A DNA stretch of 64,000 nt from Entomortierella parvispora E1425 (lineage: Eukaryota; Fungi; Mortierellomycota), in assembly GCA_020891255.1 (NCBI GenBank), contig BQFW01000012.1, positions 2,170,001-2,234,000 of the forward strand, written 5' to 3'. Positions within the stretch are counted from its first letter, which is position 1; every line of letters starts with the position of its first letter. The notes below the pieces were generated by a model, which was given only the letters and a program-made list of their open reading frames with translations, did no database searches and was not told where the DNA came from. A program made the translations under genes and the position numbers. Positions 47,026 to 58,688 of this stretch are shown here, piece after piece.

Positions 47026-47495
47026 AGGGACAGGATCAAGCATGGACCACAGTTGGTCAATTGGATGAAGAGGGGCACTAGGAACAGAGGGGCCAGTAGA
47101 AACTTTGTGCGGTGCCAAGGGGGCTGGCTCCTGTGGTGATCGGTGCTGGTGCCAAGAGAATAGCCCCTGGCGCCAAGATTTTTTTGCGCCGCTGAGACTG
47201 ACCTACGACGACCACCTTCTGGGAGTCCATCCGGCTGTCCCGTCAAAATTTCAACTCAGCCAAAAAAAAAAAAAAAAAAAAAAATGGAAGGAACGGGCCG
47301 TAGTTCCAAACGATCCCTTTGCAAACCTTTATTCACAGCAAAGACTTCCTATGGCTGAAGGGATGACATGTCTGTCTTGGCACCTTTGACTGGCAAAAGG
47401 AAAGAGCCAACGGATCCAAAAAAAAAAAAAAAAAAAAAAAGGATTCTCTATGTAGTCGCGTTGTCGATTCCACTTTTATATCTCCATCATAGTGA

Positions 47496-49604
47496 TCAGC
47501 CCGTTACCATGGCAACAACTCCAGGCCCAACCACCTTCTCAAAGGTCCCCGTCTTGACCTCAGGCCGGTACCGATGGATCATGACATCGGGTTGATCTCG
47601 AGTACGGCTCCAGGGAGTGGAAGGGATCTGCCTGGGCAAATACATCTCCCGTAACCGAGGCCAACAGCCCTGCCCATTTCCAAACCCTGGCTGCGCACGT
47701 TCTTTTAGCAACTCTATGACATCGTCCAAATACCCGACATCTCTCAAATCGTCCTTTGTCAAAATTTGGTCAGGGGCAATTGCACCCGGTGCTTGATAGC
47801 CTGTGGAATGAAGCCCTGCATTCGGATCCTCGTCTTGGCCTTTCAGGCCATGGCGACTTTTCCGCAACCGTCGCGCCTTCACCAGCCAACCCATTTTTTG
47901 GAGCGCAGTTGGATACCTGCAGATCCAGTCCAAGTCGCTCAGGTCGCCGTACTGGGCCTTCATTTCTATTTTTTCCAAGTGGTGTAAACGACTGAGAAGA
48001 CAAAACCCTCCTTTGAGCGAAAGACTTTGCCGCTTTCTTTCAATGGACAGGTCTCTCAACAAAGGGCAGACTCTGGACAGATAACCAAACAATACTCTTG
48101 AGTTGTCCTCCAGTCGAAAGTACAGTTTACGTCCAACGATTCTCAAATGCAACGTTTCCAGGAACCGACAGGTCCATGGCTCCTTGACATGAACCGCTGG
48201 TGTGATCCGCGGTGCGTTTCCAGCAAGGATCCATTCTGATTCTGGGTTCTCTTCTACATTTCCCAAGGCGCCTTCCGAATATCCAGCAGAGGGGAACCAA
48301 TAGCCCACCCGGTCCACCTTATGAAGAGAGTTGATATCAAAGTTGTCTCCATAAAACGCTGTCGCCTGCAATCGCAAATGACGAAGATGCCTGGCTCCGG
48401 CCGAGGTCAAAAACATTTGAAGCGTCCTGAGGGATGGGACAAGACCATTGGAGGGCTTATCGAGAACCAAAAGCTCCTCTAGCTTGGGTGTTTGTCTCTC
48501 CAGAATCGTGTACACCTCGGGATGGACATACATCTCTGGCAAGCTCAACACAGTCAACTTTTGGCGAAAGAGTGACAATAGATCTTCAATCTCGTCGAGT
48601 GACAAGGTGATGTTCGGAACATGAAAGCCATAGAGGAGCGGACAGGCCGTGACCAAGTCGACGTAGAACCCACGATCGTAGGGATGAGTGTTGTCCAAGT
48701 ACACAACAAGATACTTTCGAAGGCGAGGGCATTCTTTATAGATTCGCTTCAGAATCGAAGATTGTACGTCAATGTTCTTGAGAAAGAGACTGATCAGAGG
48801 TCGCTTCCGAGTCCAGTGAAGATTATTCTGAAAAGATGTGTCGACTTTCTCTGCTGTCGAGGTTGCACTATTAAGCAGGCAGCTGTGATGTTTGGCAAAA
48901 TCAAGGACCGGCCGCCGTCGGTCCGGATGATCTGCAAGGATGGTGCCTTCGAGATGAAGATCTTGTAGGTTGAGAAAGACCTCGAGAAGGACATGCCAAT
49001 TGTACATGGGACCGGCTAGTTTCTCGAGCCGGAGGGTCGTCAGTGCCTGTGGCTGCAAGACAGGAAGCAATATCTCCAACGCGGATATTCCATTCCAGCC
49101 TCCAAGGATGACCTTTTGCAGTGCTCTAGGAGAAGGCGTCTGCGCCGGTTGCAGCAATTGCGCTTGTTTTTGTTTATGTCGTCGATGGCGTCTGCTTGGG
49201 CCATTGCAGTGATCAGACGCTTGGATCGCGTCCAGAAGAGCTTTTAACCTCCTTTCTGTTCTGGGGCCATATGTCTCGCACAGGCAGGAGATACCAGAAA
49301 AGGGTACTCGAGCAAGTTGACCCCTGTTCCTGTCGTTGCCCACGGCATAGCCTTCGTTCACATTGAGCATGAAGACGATGTGCGTCCTGGCCACGCCTCG
49401 CCATTGCCGGCAGACAAGGGAGGCAACATAGATCAGATCGAATGTCCCCAAGTACAGAAAAATCCCACCCAGAAGCTCGGGTATCATAACGGCAGCTGTG
49501 GTTACCGTTGGACAGGAGTTGTTGTGGTCCTGCTTTAGTTTCCTTCTGAACCACTTGAATAGCTGGTGTCCTTTGTGAGAAGTCGTAGAGCTGTCGATTG
49601 ACAT
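47496..49604 (-). CDS. F-box protein with LRR-like (RNI-type) C-terminus, single exon, ~702 aa
   Basis: F-box-like IPELLGGIFLYLGTFDLIYVASLVCRQWRGVAR, followed by LxxLxL repeats (LTTLRL, LQDLHL, LTVLSL, LEELLV, LRHLRL, LETLHL, LRDLSI) and a WPRLR motif near the end. Confidence 0.8.
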   Translation of the reverse strand: MSIDSSTTSHKGHQLFKWFRRKLKQDHNNSCPTVTTAAVMIPELLGGIFLYLGTFDLIYVASLVCRQWRGVARTHIVFMLNVNEGYAVGNDRNRGQLARVPFSGISCLCETYGPRTERRLKALLDAIQASDHCNGPSRRHRRHKQKQAQLLQPAQTPSPRALQKVILGGWNGISALEILLPVLQPQALTTLRLEKLAGPMYNWHVLLEVFLNLQDLHLEGTILADHPDRRRPVLDFAKHHSCLLNSATSTAEKVDTSFQNNLHWTRKRPLISLFLKNIDVQSSILKRIYKECPRLRKYLVVYLDNTHPYDRGFYVDLVTACPLLYGFHVPNITLSLDEIEDLLSLFRQKLTVLSLPEMYVHPEVYTILERQTPKLEELLVLDKPSNGLVPSLRTLQMFLTSAGARHLRHLRLQATAFYGDNFDINSLHKVDRVGYWFPSAGYSEGALGNVEENPESEWILAGNAPRITPAVHVKEPWTCRFLETLHLRIVGRKLYFRLEDNSRVLFGYLSRVCPLLRDLSIERKRQSLSLKGGFCLLSRLHHLEKIEMKAQYGDLSDLDWICRYPTALQKMGWLVKARRLRKSRHGLKGQDEDPNAGLHSTGYQAPGAIAPDQILTKDDLRDVGYLDDVIELLKERAQPGFGNGQGCWPRLREMYLPRQIPSTPWSRTRDQPDVMIHRYRPEVKTGTFEKVVGPGVVAMVTG

Positions 49605-49927
49605 TGGGCATTGAATGCTGTAAGTGCGATGATGCAATGAGTGAATAGAGATCGAGGGAAGCATGTGCATGTGCTGTTCACATGAGCCCCCCTGGGCGTA
49701 CGCAAGGGCCATCTGTCCCTTCCGTTCCCCTTGTACCTGGATCTGGGAGAATGATACCGCGCCGATGACGCGAATTCCCTTTTCGTTCTTGCAGGGACAT
49801 GGACATGGGTAGATGGCAAGATGCTTTAATAAGGATATGAGTGATGCGAAGGGAGAGTTGATATTATCGAATGAAAGTACAAGAAAACGAGCAAGGAAAA
49901 CGGAAAAACAGGACAGAGGAAGCGTTC

Positions 49928-52036
49928 TTAAATAACATAGAACTGATCCTCCTCTCTTTTTCTGCTCCTTCGTCCGCCACAGCACCTCCAGCCCGAGATG
50001 TATTCTCTCCACTCCATGAACAAGGACTTCTTGAAGAAGAGCAAGAAGATCCAAAGACCTGTTGTGGAGACCAATCCCTCTGCAATCATCATGAACAAAA
50101 AGTCTGGGACGTGACCAGAGGCATACCACTGTCCGCATTGTTCCTGGTTGCCTCTCTGTGTAAAGATACACAGCTGCCAGGTGGACATCCAGGTCATGTC
50201 TGTCTTGGCGCCCTGGACCAGGTAGAAGGCCCAGTAGATCAAGACTGAACTCGACACCACGACAGCCAACAAAGCTGCACGCCATTGGATACGGATGGCG
50301 TTCATGACGTGTCGACGATGGGAGATTCTGGCTGCACGTCCCGAAGAAAGGGTCGAGTGCGAAACTGTCTCTGAGTTTTCGGCCTGGAGTGTGATACGGA
50401 TGATGTGGGCAAAGGTTGCAATGTGCAAAAGTGTCGAGGGGATCATAACCACACCCAGGGGAATGAACAGCAAGGCGTTGGAAGTGTCCTGCGTGGCCAT
50501 GCACATGTTCGAGTTGTTCCATCCAATGGACTTTGTGATCACAGCAATGGCAGCAAAGGCGGCAGGGATAATCCAGCCGATCACATGCGACAACCATGAA
50601 CGTCTTGACAACCAGTTCGAGTTCCAGACAGTGTGGAGATGCAAGTTGACAATGACGATCGAAAGCCAGGCAGTCGTGGCGATGGCTCCAAAGAGCAACC
50701 AGGCACCCTGGATTGTGCAAAGGGTGTTGTTGTAGGAGGTCGCGGTCGTGATGCCGTTGGCGGCACACTGGATTCGCCTAGGGTTGCCATATGAGGGAGC
50801 GACGGCAGCATCGAAGACTGCGGTGGCAATGGCAGCGAAGAGAATCAAGTTGGAAGGGTGTTGAAGCTTGTCGGGCAGGACCACATAGGAAAGAGCGAGA
50901 ATCAAAGCAAGGCCGGAAGAGATGCCCTTGAGAACATCAGTGATGAAGAATCCTTTGTTAAGGATGCCAGGCTTGTAGAATGCGTCCGTCTGAGGGCAAG
51001 GCAAGCAGCAACCACTACAATGATAAAATGTTCTGCGGTGTTAGGAAGGGGATCTCATAGAGGTGAGTGGCTGGTATATCAGTGAGTGTTCTTACCATCC
51101 ACAGTTGATATCATCGGTGTTTTGTAGGCCATTTGTCTGCTTAAAGACAAGGTCCTCGACAAAGGGGGAGATGCACCCAGGCAAGGGTGAGGAGCATGTA
51201 GAGTTGCTGCTTTGGACTATAAAAAAGTAATAGAGCAGGAAAGTGTTAATAAAACTAAGCGATGCACGACATGTTTCTCTGATTTGCAAGACTATAATAT
51301 TCCATTCGGAAATTGATTTGCAGGATGTGGGGTCGGGGCTTCAGGGTGGGGACGGGGCCTGGGGCCGAGCTGACTTGAAATATTCAGTTAATGTGAGACT
51401 TACAAGGGACTACGTTGCAAGAGCCATCAGGCTGGTATGGAATGGACCCACCGGGGAGTTCCTCGGTATTGGGAATGGTGGTGGCACAATTGGGCAAAAG
51501 GTCTGTCATGTTCATGAATGCGAAATCGGCAGCGCAAGACTGTTGAACAGCCTGGCAGGTTGACTCGCATGCAAAGAGAACGTTATAGCTGTTGGCTACG
51601 AGATATAACGAAGAATAGACTGTCAGTTCTCCATTCTGGACGGCAATTGCTCAATCTCTAATTTAGAGGTTGGTGAATTCTTACTCTGGCCGGTAGCAAC
51701 TGGACGAGGATAAGCAACTGAGCATGCGTAGGCCATATAGGTTGGCCCGCAAGGGGCAGGCAAACCAGCAATGTTTTCAATTCCCTGCTTAATTAGCGCT
51801 TGGTCAACGTCATTTGTGGTTGTATTAGCTGGTAGCCAGACCTGGTAGTCGATGAATCCCTGTTGATAATAATTTAAAAAAAAGACGCCAGTGGAGCCAG
51901 GCAGACACATGTGGTGAGTACAGCGTTCTCGACATTTCACATGAGCTGACTGAGGGGATTATTTTACAAATGGAGCCTAGAGTGACCCCAAAGGAGGGCG
52001 GACTTACGTTACAGACAGTGCCGTTATATGGGACCA
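49928..52036 (-). CDS. Frizzled/Smoothened-like (class F-type) 7TM receptor with N-terminal Cys-rich domain; 5' end unresolved
   Basis: Exons VPYNGTVCN | GFIDYQVW..PAPCGPTYMAYACSVAYPRP | LFACESTCQAVQQSC..LLPNC..SCN | CISPF..INCG | CCLPCP.. give a CRD-like Cys spacing and linker. These are followed by seven hydrophobic helices with QHPSNLILF, LCTIQG and GWIIPA motifs reminiscent of class F receptors. Confidence 0.8.
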
Positions 52037-52789
52037 CTATTTAGATCAGACACATGGGAGAGAAGAGGGAGTAGAAAGTGGGTCAGCCTAACGACGAATC
52101 GATTTTCATTCGTGTCGCGCAATGAGAAGGGCTCATAGTTTTTTTTTTTTTTTTTTTTCTTTCTCGATCTGGCGTAAAAATAGTTCAAAAGCTCCTCTCT
52201 CCCCTCTCATGACCCTATGTGCTCCCTGAGTTCTTTCCTGACTCGATTTGAACGCGATGGACAAAAGAAGATCAGAAAAAAAAACGTGTCCGACAAGGAA
52301 CGAAAATCAAGTGAGCCACTGAGCCTCGAAAGCAAAAAGAGTCAAGGTTGGAAAGGGAAACTGAAAAACTGAGGTGATGAACTGAGAGCGCTTATGTGAT
52401 ACAGTACGCCATGAGTGTGTGTGTATGTGTGTGTGTATGTGTGGGTGGGTGTGTTGGTGTGTTTTGTGGGCAGAAAGTGGGTAGATGATCAAGAGAGGAG
52501 GAGAGCGAGTACAGAGAAGAGGGTACAAGCTACAAGCCTGAACAAAGGGCAACTCTTAAATTGCCTCTACGGCAAATATGTATGTTTGTGGCCACATTGC
52601 ACAATGCGTCCTCTGCGCTTTTAATTGCCCCCCTCGGGTCTGCTGACAATGAGTGCTGCATTTCCAAAGTAACGGCTGCATCGCTGGGCGACGCTTAGTC
52701 AAAGCCAAGACGTCGACACAGTAGGTCAGAAAGGTGAACGGGGGTGTGGAGGAGAAGGAACAAGGCAGTTGAATGAGGCAGAAACCTTG

Positions 52790-53645
52790 CCATGCAGTCA
52801 ATGGCACCAGTTTCCCCTGGAGCAGCTCATTGGCAACACTCGATCGGTCGCTGATATCCTGGCGGTAAGTTTCTGTCCACTAGTCTGCACCTTTTTTGGA
52901 GGACTCCTTGCTCACCAATGTTCTAGTGTCAGGAAGGTGGTCCAAGAAAAGTGTAGACAATCGCTCACCCTCGAGTGCTCTCGTCTCTCTCCCTTCCCTC
53001 TCTCCGTCATCTTGGGTGAAAGCCCCTTAGCAACAGTGAAATTGGCGCCCAGCCAAAACGTAAAAGACCCCCCAGGTCGGCTCTCAGGCACTACAGCCAG
53101 TGTATGGGTAAACACTTTCCAGCGACAGAATGGGCCGCTGGTACCACGCCAAAGAAGAATAGACCATAATGAAGATTAACCATAACCATAATCGCTGCCA
53201 AATCAAATGGCCTCGAAGGAAAGCGCGGAACATGAATGCTGAAAGGGGAGGCCAAAGAGAGAATAACATGTGGAAGCGGAGGAAGCGGACAGCAACGCGA
53301 GCAGGGGAGGAAGAGCAAGAGGAATGATGCAGCTCCATACAGTAGCTCCATTCACGCATTGAGAATGCAAACTGCATGTCTCTTCTGAACTGATCAGACT
53401 GATCAGACCACTCCTGTACGGTGGTGGGTGGTACCCCGATCCCGTTCTCTGGAACATTATTGGGCGATCAAACAGGCCAGATCAAAGATCAAAGATCAAG
53501 AAAAGAAAAGAAGGCAAAACAAAAAAAAAAAAAAACACCTACTGGAACCCATGGCAGAGACTCGTTCGACGGACGAGAGCACCAAGGTGGCGGCAAGGAG
53601 AGCCAGGCCCATCGTGGGCCTGGTCAGGAAGTCCAAGCCATGCAT
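52790..53645 (-). CDS. Signal-peptide-bearing exons: either a small secreted protein or the missing 5' exons of the Frizzled-like receptor
   Basis: MHGLDFLTRPTMGLALLAATLVLSSVERVSA follows a microsatellite-rich leader, then donor A|GTAGGT and a poly(T) intron. Further in-phase candidate exons lie at ~53452-53343, ~53090-52970 and ~52860-52790. Confidence 0.4.
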
Positions 53646-53855
53646 TGTGCGACGTGTATGAGTAAGCAAGAGATGCACTGTGGTAGAAAGTGGGGGAGGA
53701 GTGTCTCCAGGGGGGAGGGCGTTGTTTGTTGGATGGGAGCACAAGGGCGGAGGGGGAAGAGAACGTGCAGCGAGGTGGTACGAGAACGGAGAATTGATGA
53801 AGAGAGGAGAGATCGGTGCGGACAGGGACAGGGAGGACAGGGAGAGGAGAGAAAT

Positions 53856-53857
<2 letters not shown>

Positions 53858-53898
<41 letters not shown>
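53858..53898 (+). repeat. (GA)n microsatellite, about 20 units
   Basis: Uninterrupted AG dinucleotide run, seen directly. Confidence 0.9.
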
Positions 53899-53900
<2 letters not shown>

Positions 53901-54577
53901 GGAAGGGGAGAGAATACGATCCTGGGCAAGGAAGTGGAAGGAGGAAAGGGGGTCGGACAAAGAGAAGAAAGAGAGAGAAGTGGAGGAAGAGAGAGGGTCG
54001 ACTGATAAAGTCTCTTTCTGCTGGCCGAGTCTGTCCGTGTCTGTCCGTTGTCTGTGTGTGCCTGAGTGTGCTGTCTGTCTGTCTGTTCTGTCTGAGTGTG
54101 CTGTCTGTCTGAGTGTGCATTGTGCACCACACCACACACACGCACCCCCTTCCTTTTGACTTTGAAAATACGGTACTGTAATGATAATCACCACAAAAAG
54201 ATTTGGACTTCAACGCCGACCGGCCCTTGCTGGGTGGAGACACAATCATCTGTCCGTCTGTGCCTGCGGAGTTGCCGTTGCGTTGCGTTGGGGGTCGACC
54301 GCTGTTTGTGTGGATGATCTCCCTCTCTTTCTCTCTCTCTCCCTCTCTCTCTCTCTTTCAACTCTGTATTATATAGACTATATATTATCATTCCGTTTCC
54401 GTTTTCAGGGCCGACGACGGGTCCATTATCAGGGCCAGAAAATGGTGTAAGCAGACCCACGTAACCCAACCAAACCATACCATGCATGCACAACCTTCCT
54501 CATATGACCCCCGTTTCATTTCCCTTCTTTTTTTTCCTTTTTTTTTTTTTTTTCATTCTTTTATATTAATTTTCTTT

Positions 54578-57500
54578 TTAGATGTATCCTTCTAGTTGTT
54601 GTTGCTGTCGGTGCGTTGCTGCTGTCGTGGCTGATCGTATCGACATATTGGCAGCTTGTCGAGGTGGCTGGCTGGGGAGTCCTTGTGGCGAACCCAGCAC
54701 CACAGGTCCATGACCGTTGTCGTCCGACCCAAAGCCATATCCGCCCTGAGGATCGCTCAATCTCTTGGGGGGTGCCGTCGACAATGGCGGGACTGGAGGT
54801 CCATCCGCATGGTTAAAATAGAGCGTCAAGGGATTGAAGCTGGACACATCCGAATAAGAGACTGCTGACGCGTGCTTGGCCGCCCGCTCCGCTTGCCTTT
54901 GGGACTCTTGTTCCAGTTCTCGTTCGCGGTCATGATCATGGTATTGGTCTGGATAAACTCCAAGACTGCTCCCTACTCCCATACCCCTTCCGCCACTCTC
55001 GGTCGATCCTGCTAAAGAAGCGGTGACTGGCGAGAGTGTAATAGGTGGGCTGAAAGTATAAGGGAGAGGAGGAATGGGAGGTCGTTGTGGCGAATGTTCT
55101 CGATCGGCGGACTCTGACGGCAAAGACTGCGGATTATTTCCATTCCGAGGGAAATATTCGTTCGTAAAGGGTGATGCTATGTCGATGATGGCATGGGGTC
55201 CGTTCGATAGACGCTTGACTGGACTGTCGCTGCCACGCTGGGCCAATTGCTTGAAATACAGTGCATCCTGATGATGTAAGATCATGGCCGAAGAATTACT
55301 CGGAAGAGGAGGGGGAAAGTAGCCCGACCCATCGCTCAGTGCAGACTCGCGACCCCCCGGATTGACGACCCTCAGTTCAGAACTGTAGCCATACTCACTG
55401 GTCGGCAAGTATTGCAGGGTGCCTGGGCACGACAAATCTGAATATCGGCGGCTCTCTCGTGCGACCCCTTGTTCTTGTGGATATTCCTGTGTATCGAGAG
55501 ATTCATATTGACCAATGGGTGTCGCACCTGGGGGTGGTGGGGGTGGTCTTGGAGGTGGCACCTGTGGGTACGAGCTTTGCAACATTGCAAATTGACTGTC
55601 ATGAGGGCTCTGCTGAGGAGTATATTGGCCCGGGACGCGAGAGCGACCAGTGCTACCGACGGATGGGCTGTAAAACTCTCCGCCTTGACTCTTCACGATA
55701 AGGCCACGTCCGTCGGCATTGTCGCCCATACGCAATTCTTTTTCCTGGACTCGCTTCTGTCGCTCCACGAGGGCAAAGGCAATGGCGATCAAGAGAACAG
55801 CCGCACCCGCGGCGATTCCACCGATAGCTGCTTTGGAGATGCCTCCTTGATTTGGCATAGTGCTGGGGACTGGGCTTGGAACACTGGCAGAAGTAATGTT
55901 GCCGCCGCCGGGTTGTGTTGTAGTCGCTGGTGCAAAGCTGCCGGTGGGTGTATAGTTCGAGAGCCAGGATTTCTTCGAGATGGAGAACAGTAGTAACGCC
56001 TCTGTTCCAAGGGGAGTCATACTGAGCGTGTTTGGACTATAAAAAGAAAAGGAGTGGTTATTCTCCGGTGAGATCGACGAAATCCTTTCGATTATGGTGC
56101 TCCACAGGGATCCCGTTTCGGTTGAAGCCGGTGGATTACCTTGCATAGAAACCGCCCCAGATAAGCACTGTGTCGCCCACGACCGTGCAGACTGCGTTTC
56201 CGCGTCCCTTGCCTGGGTAAGATGTCGCTGTCCAGTTCCATGTTGTTGTGTCCAGGATGTAGATTGCATTGTCTGCACTTCCTGCTCCACCAACGAAGCC
56301 TCCATACACAATCACCTTGGAGCCATCTGCATCTAAAGGTTGAACCCAATTGAACCGATTCTGGTTAGTCTCTCCTTTTCGATACAAAGCTCTTCCTTCG
56401 CACAGCCACTCTCAAGAAGAAAAAAAACACCCCCCCCCCCGCCATCATCCCTCTGACTTTGCCCGGGGAATAAAAAAAGGGAAAAAAGCCCTGCACGATC
56501 AGTTGGTGCACAAGCATAGCCCAGGATTAGGCTCGTCACCCCTTTTTTTGTTGTTCTTCAACTTGGGTCTTCATGGCTTTTGGGTGCCCAAGCCCAACAT
56601 CAGAAACGGTTGTTCTTGGTTCATTTTTCAACTCAACTTACTACTTGCAGCGCAGGCAGAAGTTCTACCTATGACAAAGGGTCCTGTGGAGGCCTAAAAG
56701 AAAATATCCGGCAAACAGTAAAACGGCGGTTAGTTTCAAGGGGAGGGGCAGGCAAGGGAAAAGGGAACGGAGGGTCATTTAAAATGATACCACGATGATG
56801 TACGTTTTAGACTAACGTCCATACTCGTATTTTACCTGCACAGTCCAAGTCCCTGTGGCGGCAAGGTACATGAAAAGAGCTGATGATATGCCAGTAGGTG
56901 TGGCCCCTCCAATGACCAACATGGCGTTCAATCTTGGCACCCATGCAGCTGCATATGTCGATAGGCTCTGAGGCGCTGTCGGGGGGTTGGTTGATTCCTT
57001 GAGTGTATTTGTAGCAGTATCGTACTCATCAAACATATTACTCGCAATAGCACCCGCAGGGCCTGCATCTCCACCCGTAAAGAAAATCTTGTTCAGACTT
57101 GGGTCCGTCACTGCCACAAAGTCTCGTCTAGTGTTGTCGGCCATGACTGGATCCACAAAGGACCATACGCCCGATTGGATGTTGTAAATATTGACGAAAT
57201 GGGGGGGAATGACCGGAGGAGCTGCAGCCGTGTCCCGTCCAAAGGTCAAGAACGTCGAGTTGTCGGCCGAGAATCCGGCCGAGTGGTAGGCGTTGGGAGG
57301 CCCCAGAGGCAAGGAAGTCCAAGCCGGTCGAGCTGTTGTCCAGGATTTGGTGAGATCCAGACACCAGAATGACTGCAGGATGTTGTCTCCCGAGAGGGCT
57401 CCTCCTTGGACAAACCATTGTTTGCCTACAAGAGCGGCGGCAGCCCCTCCGACTGGTTGAGGTTGAGCATTGATCTGAACAGAAAGGTTGCTGATGAGAA

Positions 57501-57626
57501 GGAGGAGGAGGAGGAGTGTAGGGAGGAGGGATTGACTGTACAAGAGCGAAGGTGATGTAGAAGTGGAAGGGGAGTCATATGTCGAGAGAGAGGGGGAGAA
57601 GCGGATCTTAGGTTGGGCCCGAAGCA
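54578..57626 (-). CDS. Kelch/galactose-oxidase-type beta-propeller type I membrane protein with disordered cytoplasmic tail
   Basis: Hydrophobic signal LLPTLLLLLLLISNLSVQINA; Kelch repeats (WFVQGG..LDLTKSW, IFFTGG..YD, MLVIGG..W, IVYGG..YILDTTTWNW, VLIWGG); TM AAIGGIAAGAAVLLIAIAFALV followed by ERQKR; S/P/Q-rich tail. Confidence 0.85.
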
Positions 57627-58688
57627 TGGTTGCCTTCGCCAAAAATAAAGATGAGAAAAAGGGTCGTTGAGTGGGAAAGGGGATGGGCGACAGAAAAGAA
57701 AGGCAAAGAGGGAAAAAAAACGGGCGTGGAAGAAAAAAAATAAACGAGAAAGGCAGTGGGAGGCAAAAAGTCACAGAGGGGATGAACGTTGCCTACTGTT
57801 CTCTGCTTGGCCTTGTGTGGACACTGCATGGGTGTGTTTACCATGCTTCCTGGCTGCCCAGTGGATTGGGGGAAAGAGTGTCTTTATATTGTGTGTCCCT
57901 GTGGACAACGTTGAGATACAGTAAGAGGAACCATGTCGCTGTTATCTTTAATGCGACGGGGGGAGGGGAGGGGAGGTCAATTCATACAAAGCTTTATTCT
58001 CCAGAGTGTACCTGGATCGTTGGAGGGATCAGGTTCAAAACAGAGCGCAATCTACGATCGAGATATTTGTGCAATGGTCAAAAGGTCTGGTCGTTGTCAG
58101 CCTGAGTGCACAGAGACACAATAGCCAAAGGTGGGGCGGGGGGCAAAGATGTAGCTTTGACAATTGTACGGTCGAGAGTGAGGAATGAGGAAATAGCAGT
58201 GATCGAGCGTGGACCAAGAGCAGTTCAGTCCTTTAATTGCCGAACAATATGCAACGCGGGTATCAATTGGTTGTGAGGGCGCAGAATAGGAGGATTGGGC
58301 GGACAAGAGAGAGAGTGAGAGAAAGTTGTGGTAGCACAACAATACAAAATAAAGCAAAAAAGAGTGGGCGAATGATGGGGCAAGAGAGCAAGAGATCCGT
58401 GCGGCACGGCCATTCTTTGCAGACAGAAGACCTTACAGGCTGCATTGAGCCAAACGGTCTCAGGATGCGGCCGATGTTTCTTGTTATTCTCCTCAGTTGC
58501 TTTCACTGATGGCTCTTGTCCTTGTTCTTGTTTTTATTTTTTATTTTTATTGAGTCGGCACCACGTTTGGATAATGACTCAAACATGCAATGAAATGGAT
58601 TATAATATGGTATATGAGTCCTCTCTGCGGAAACAAAAAAGGACGCCAGACATCAACAAAGGGAGTCGGTTCACGGGAACTGGGAGTC

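Noticed and set aside
53421-54249. Long ORFs on both strands around 53.4-54.2 kb
   Set aside because: Mostly (GA)n/(CTGT)n leader sequence. Only the short signal-peptide segment at 53542-53645 was kept.
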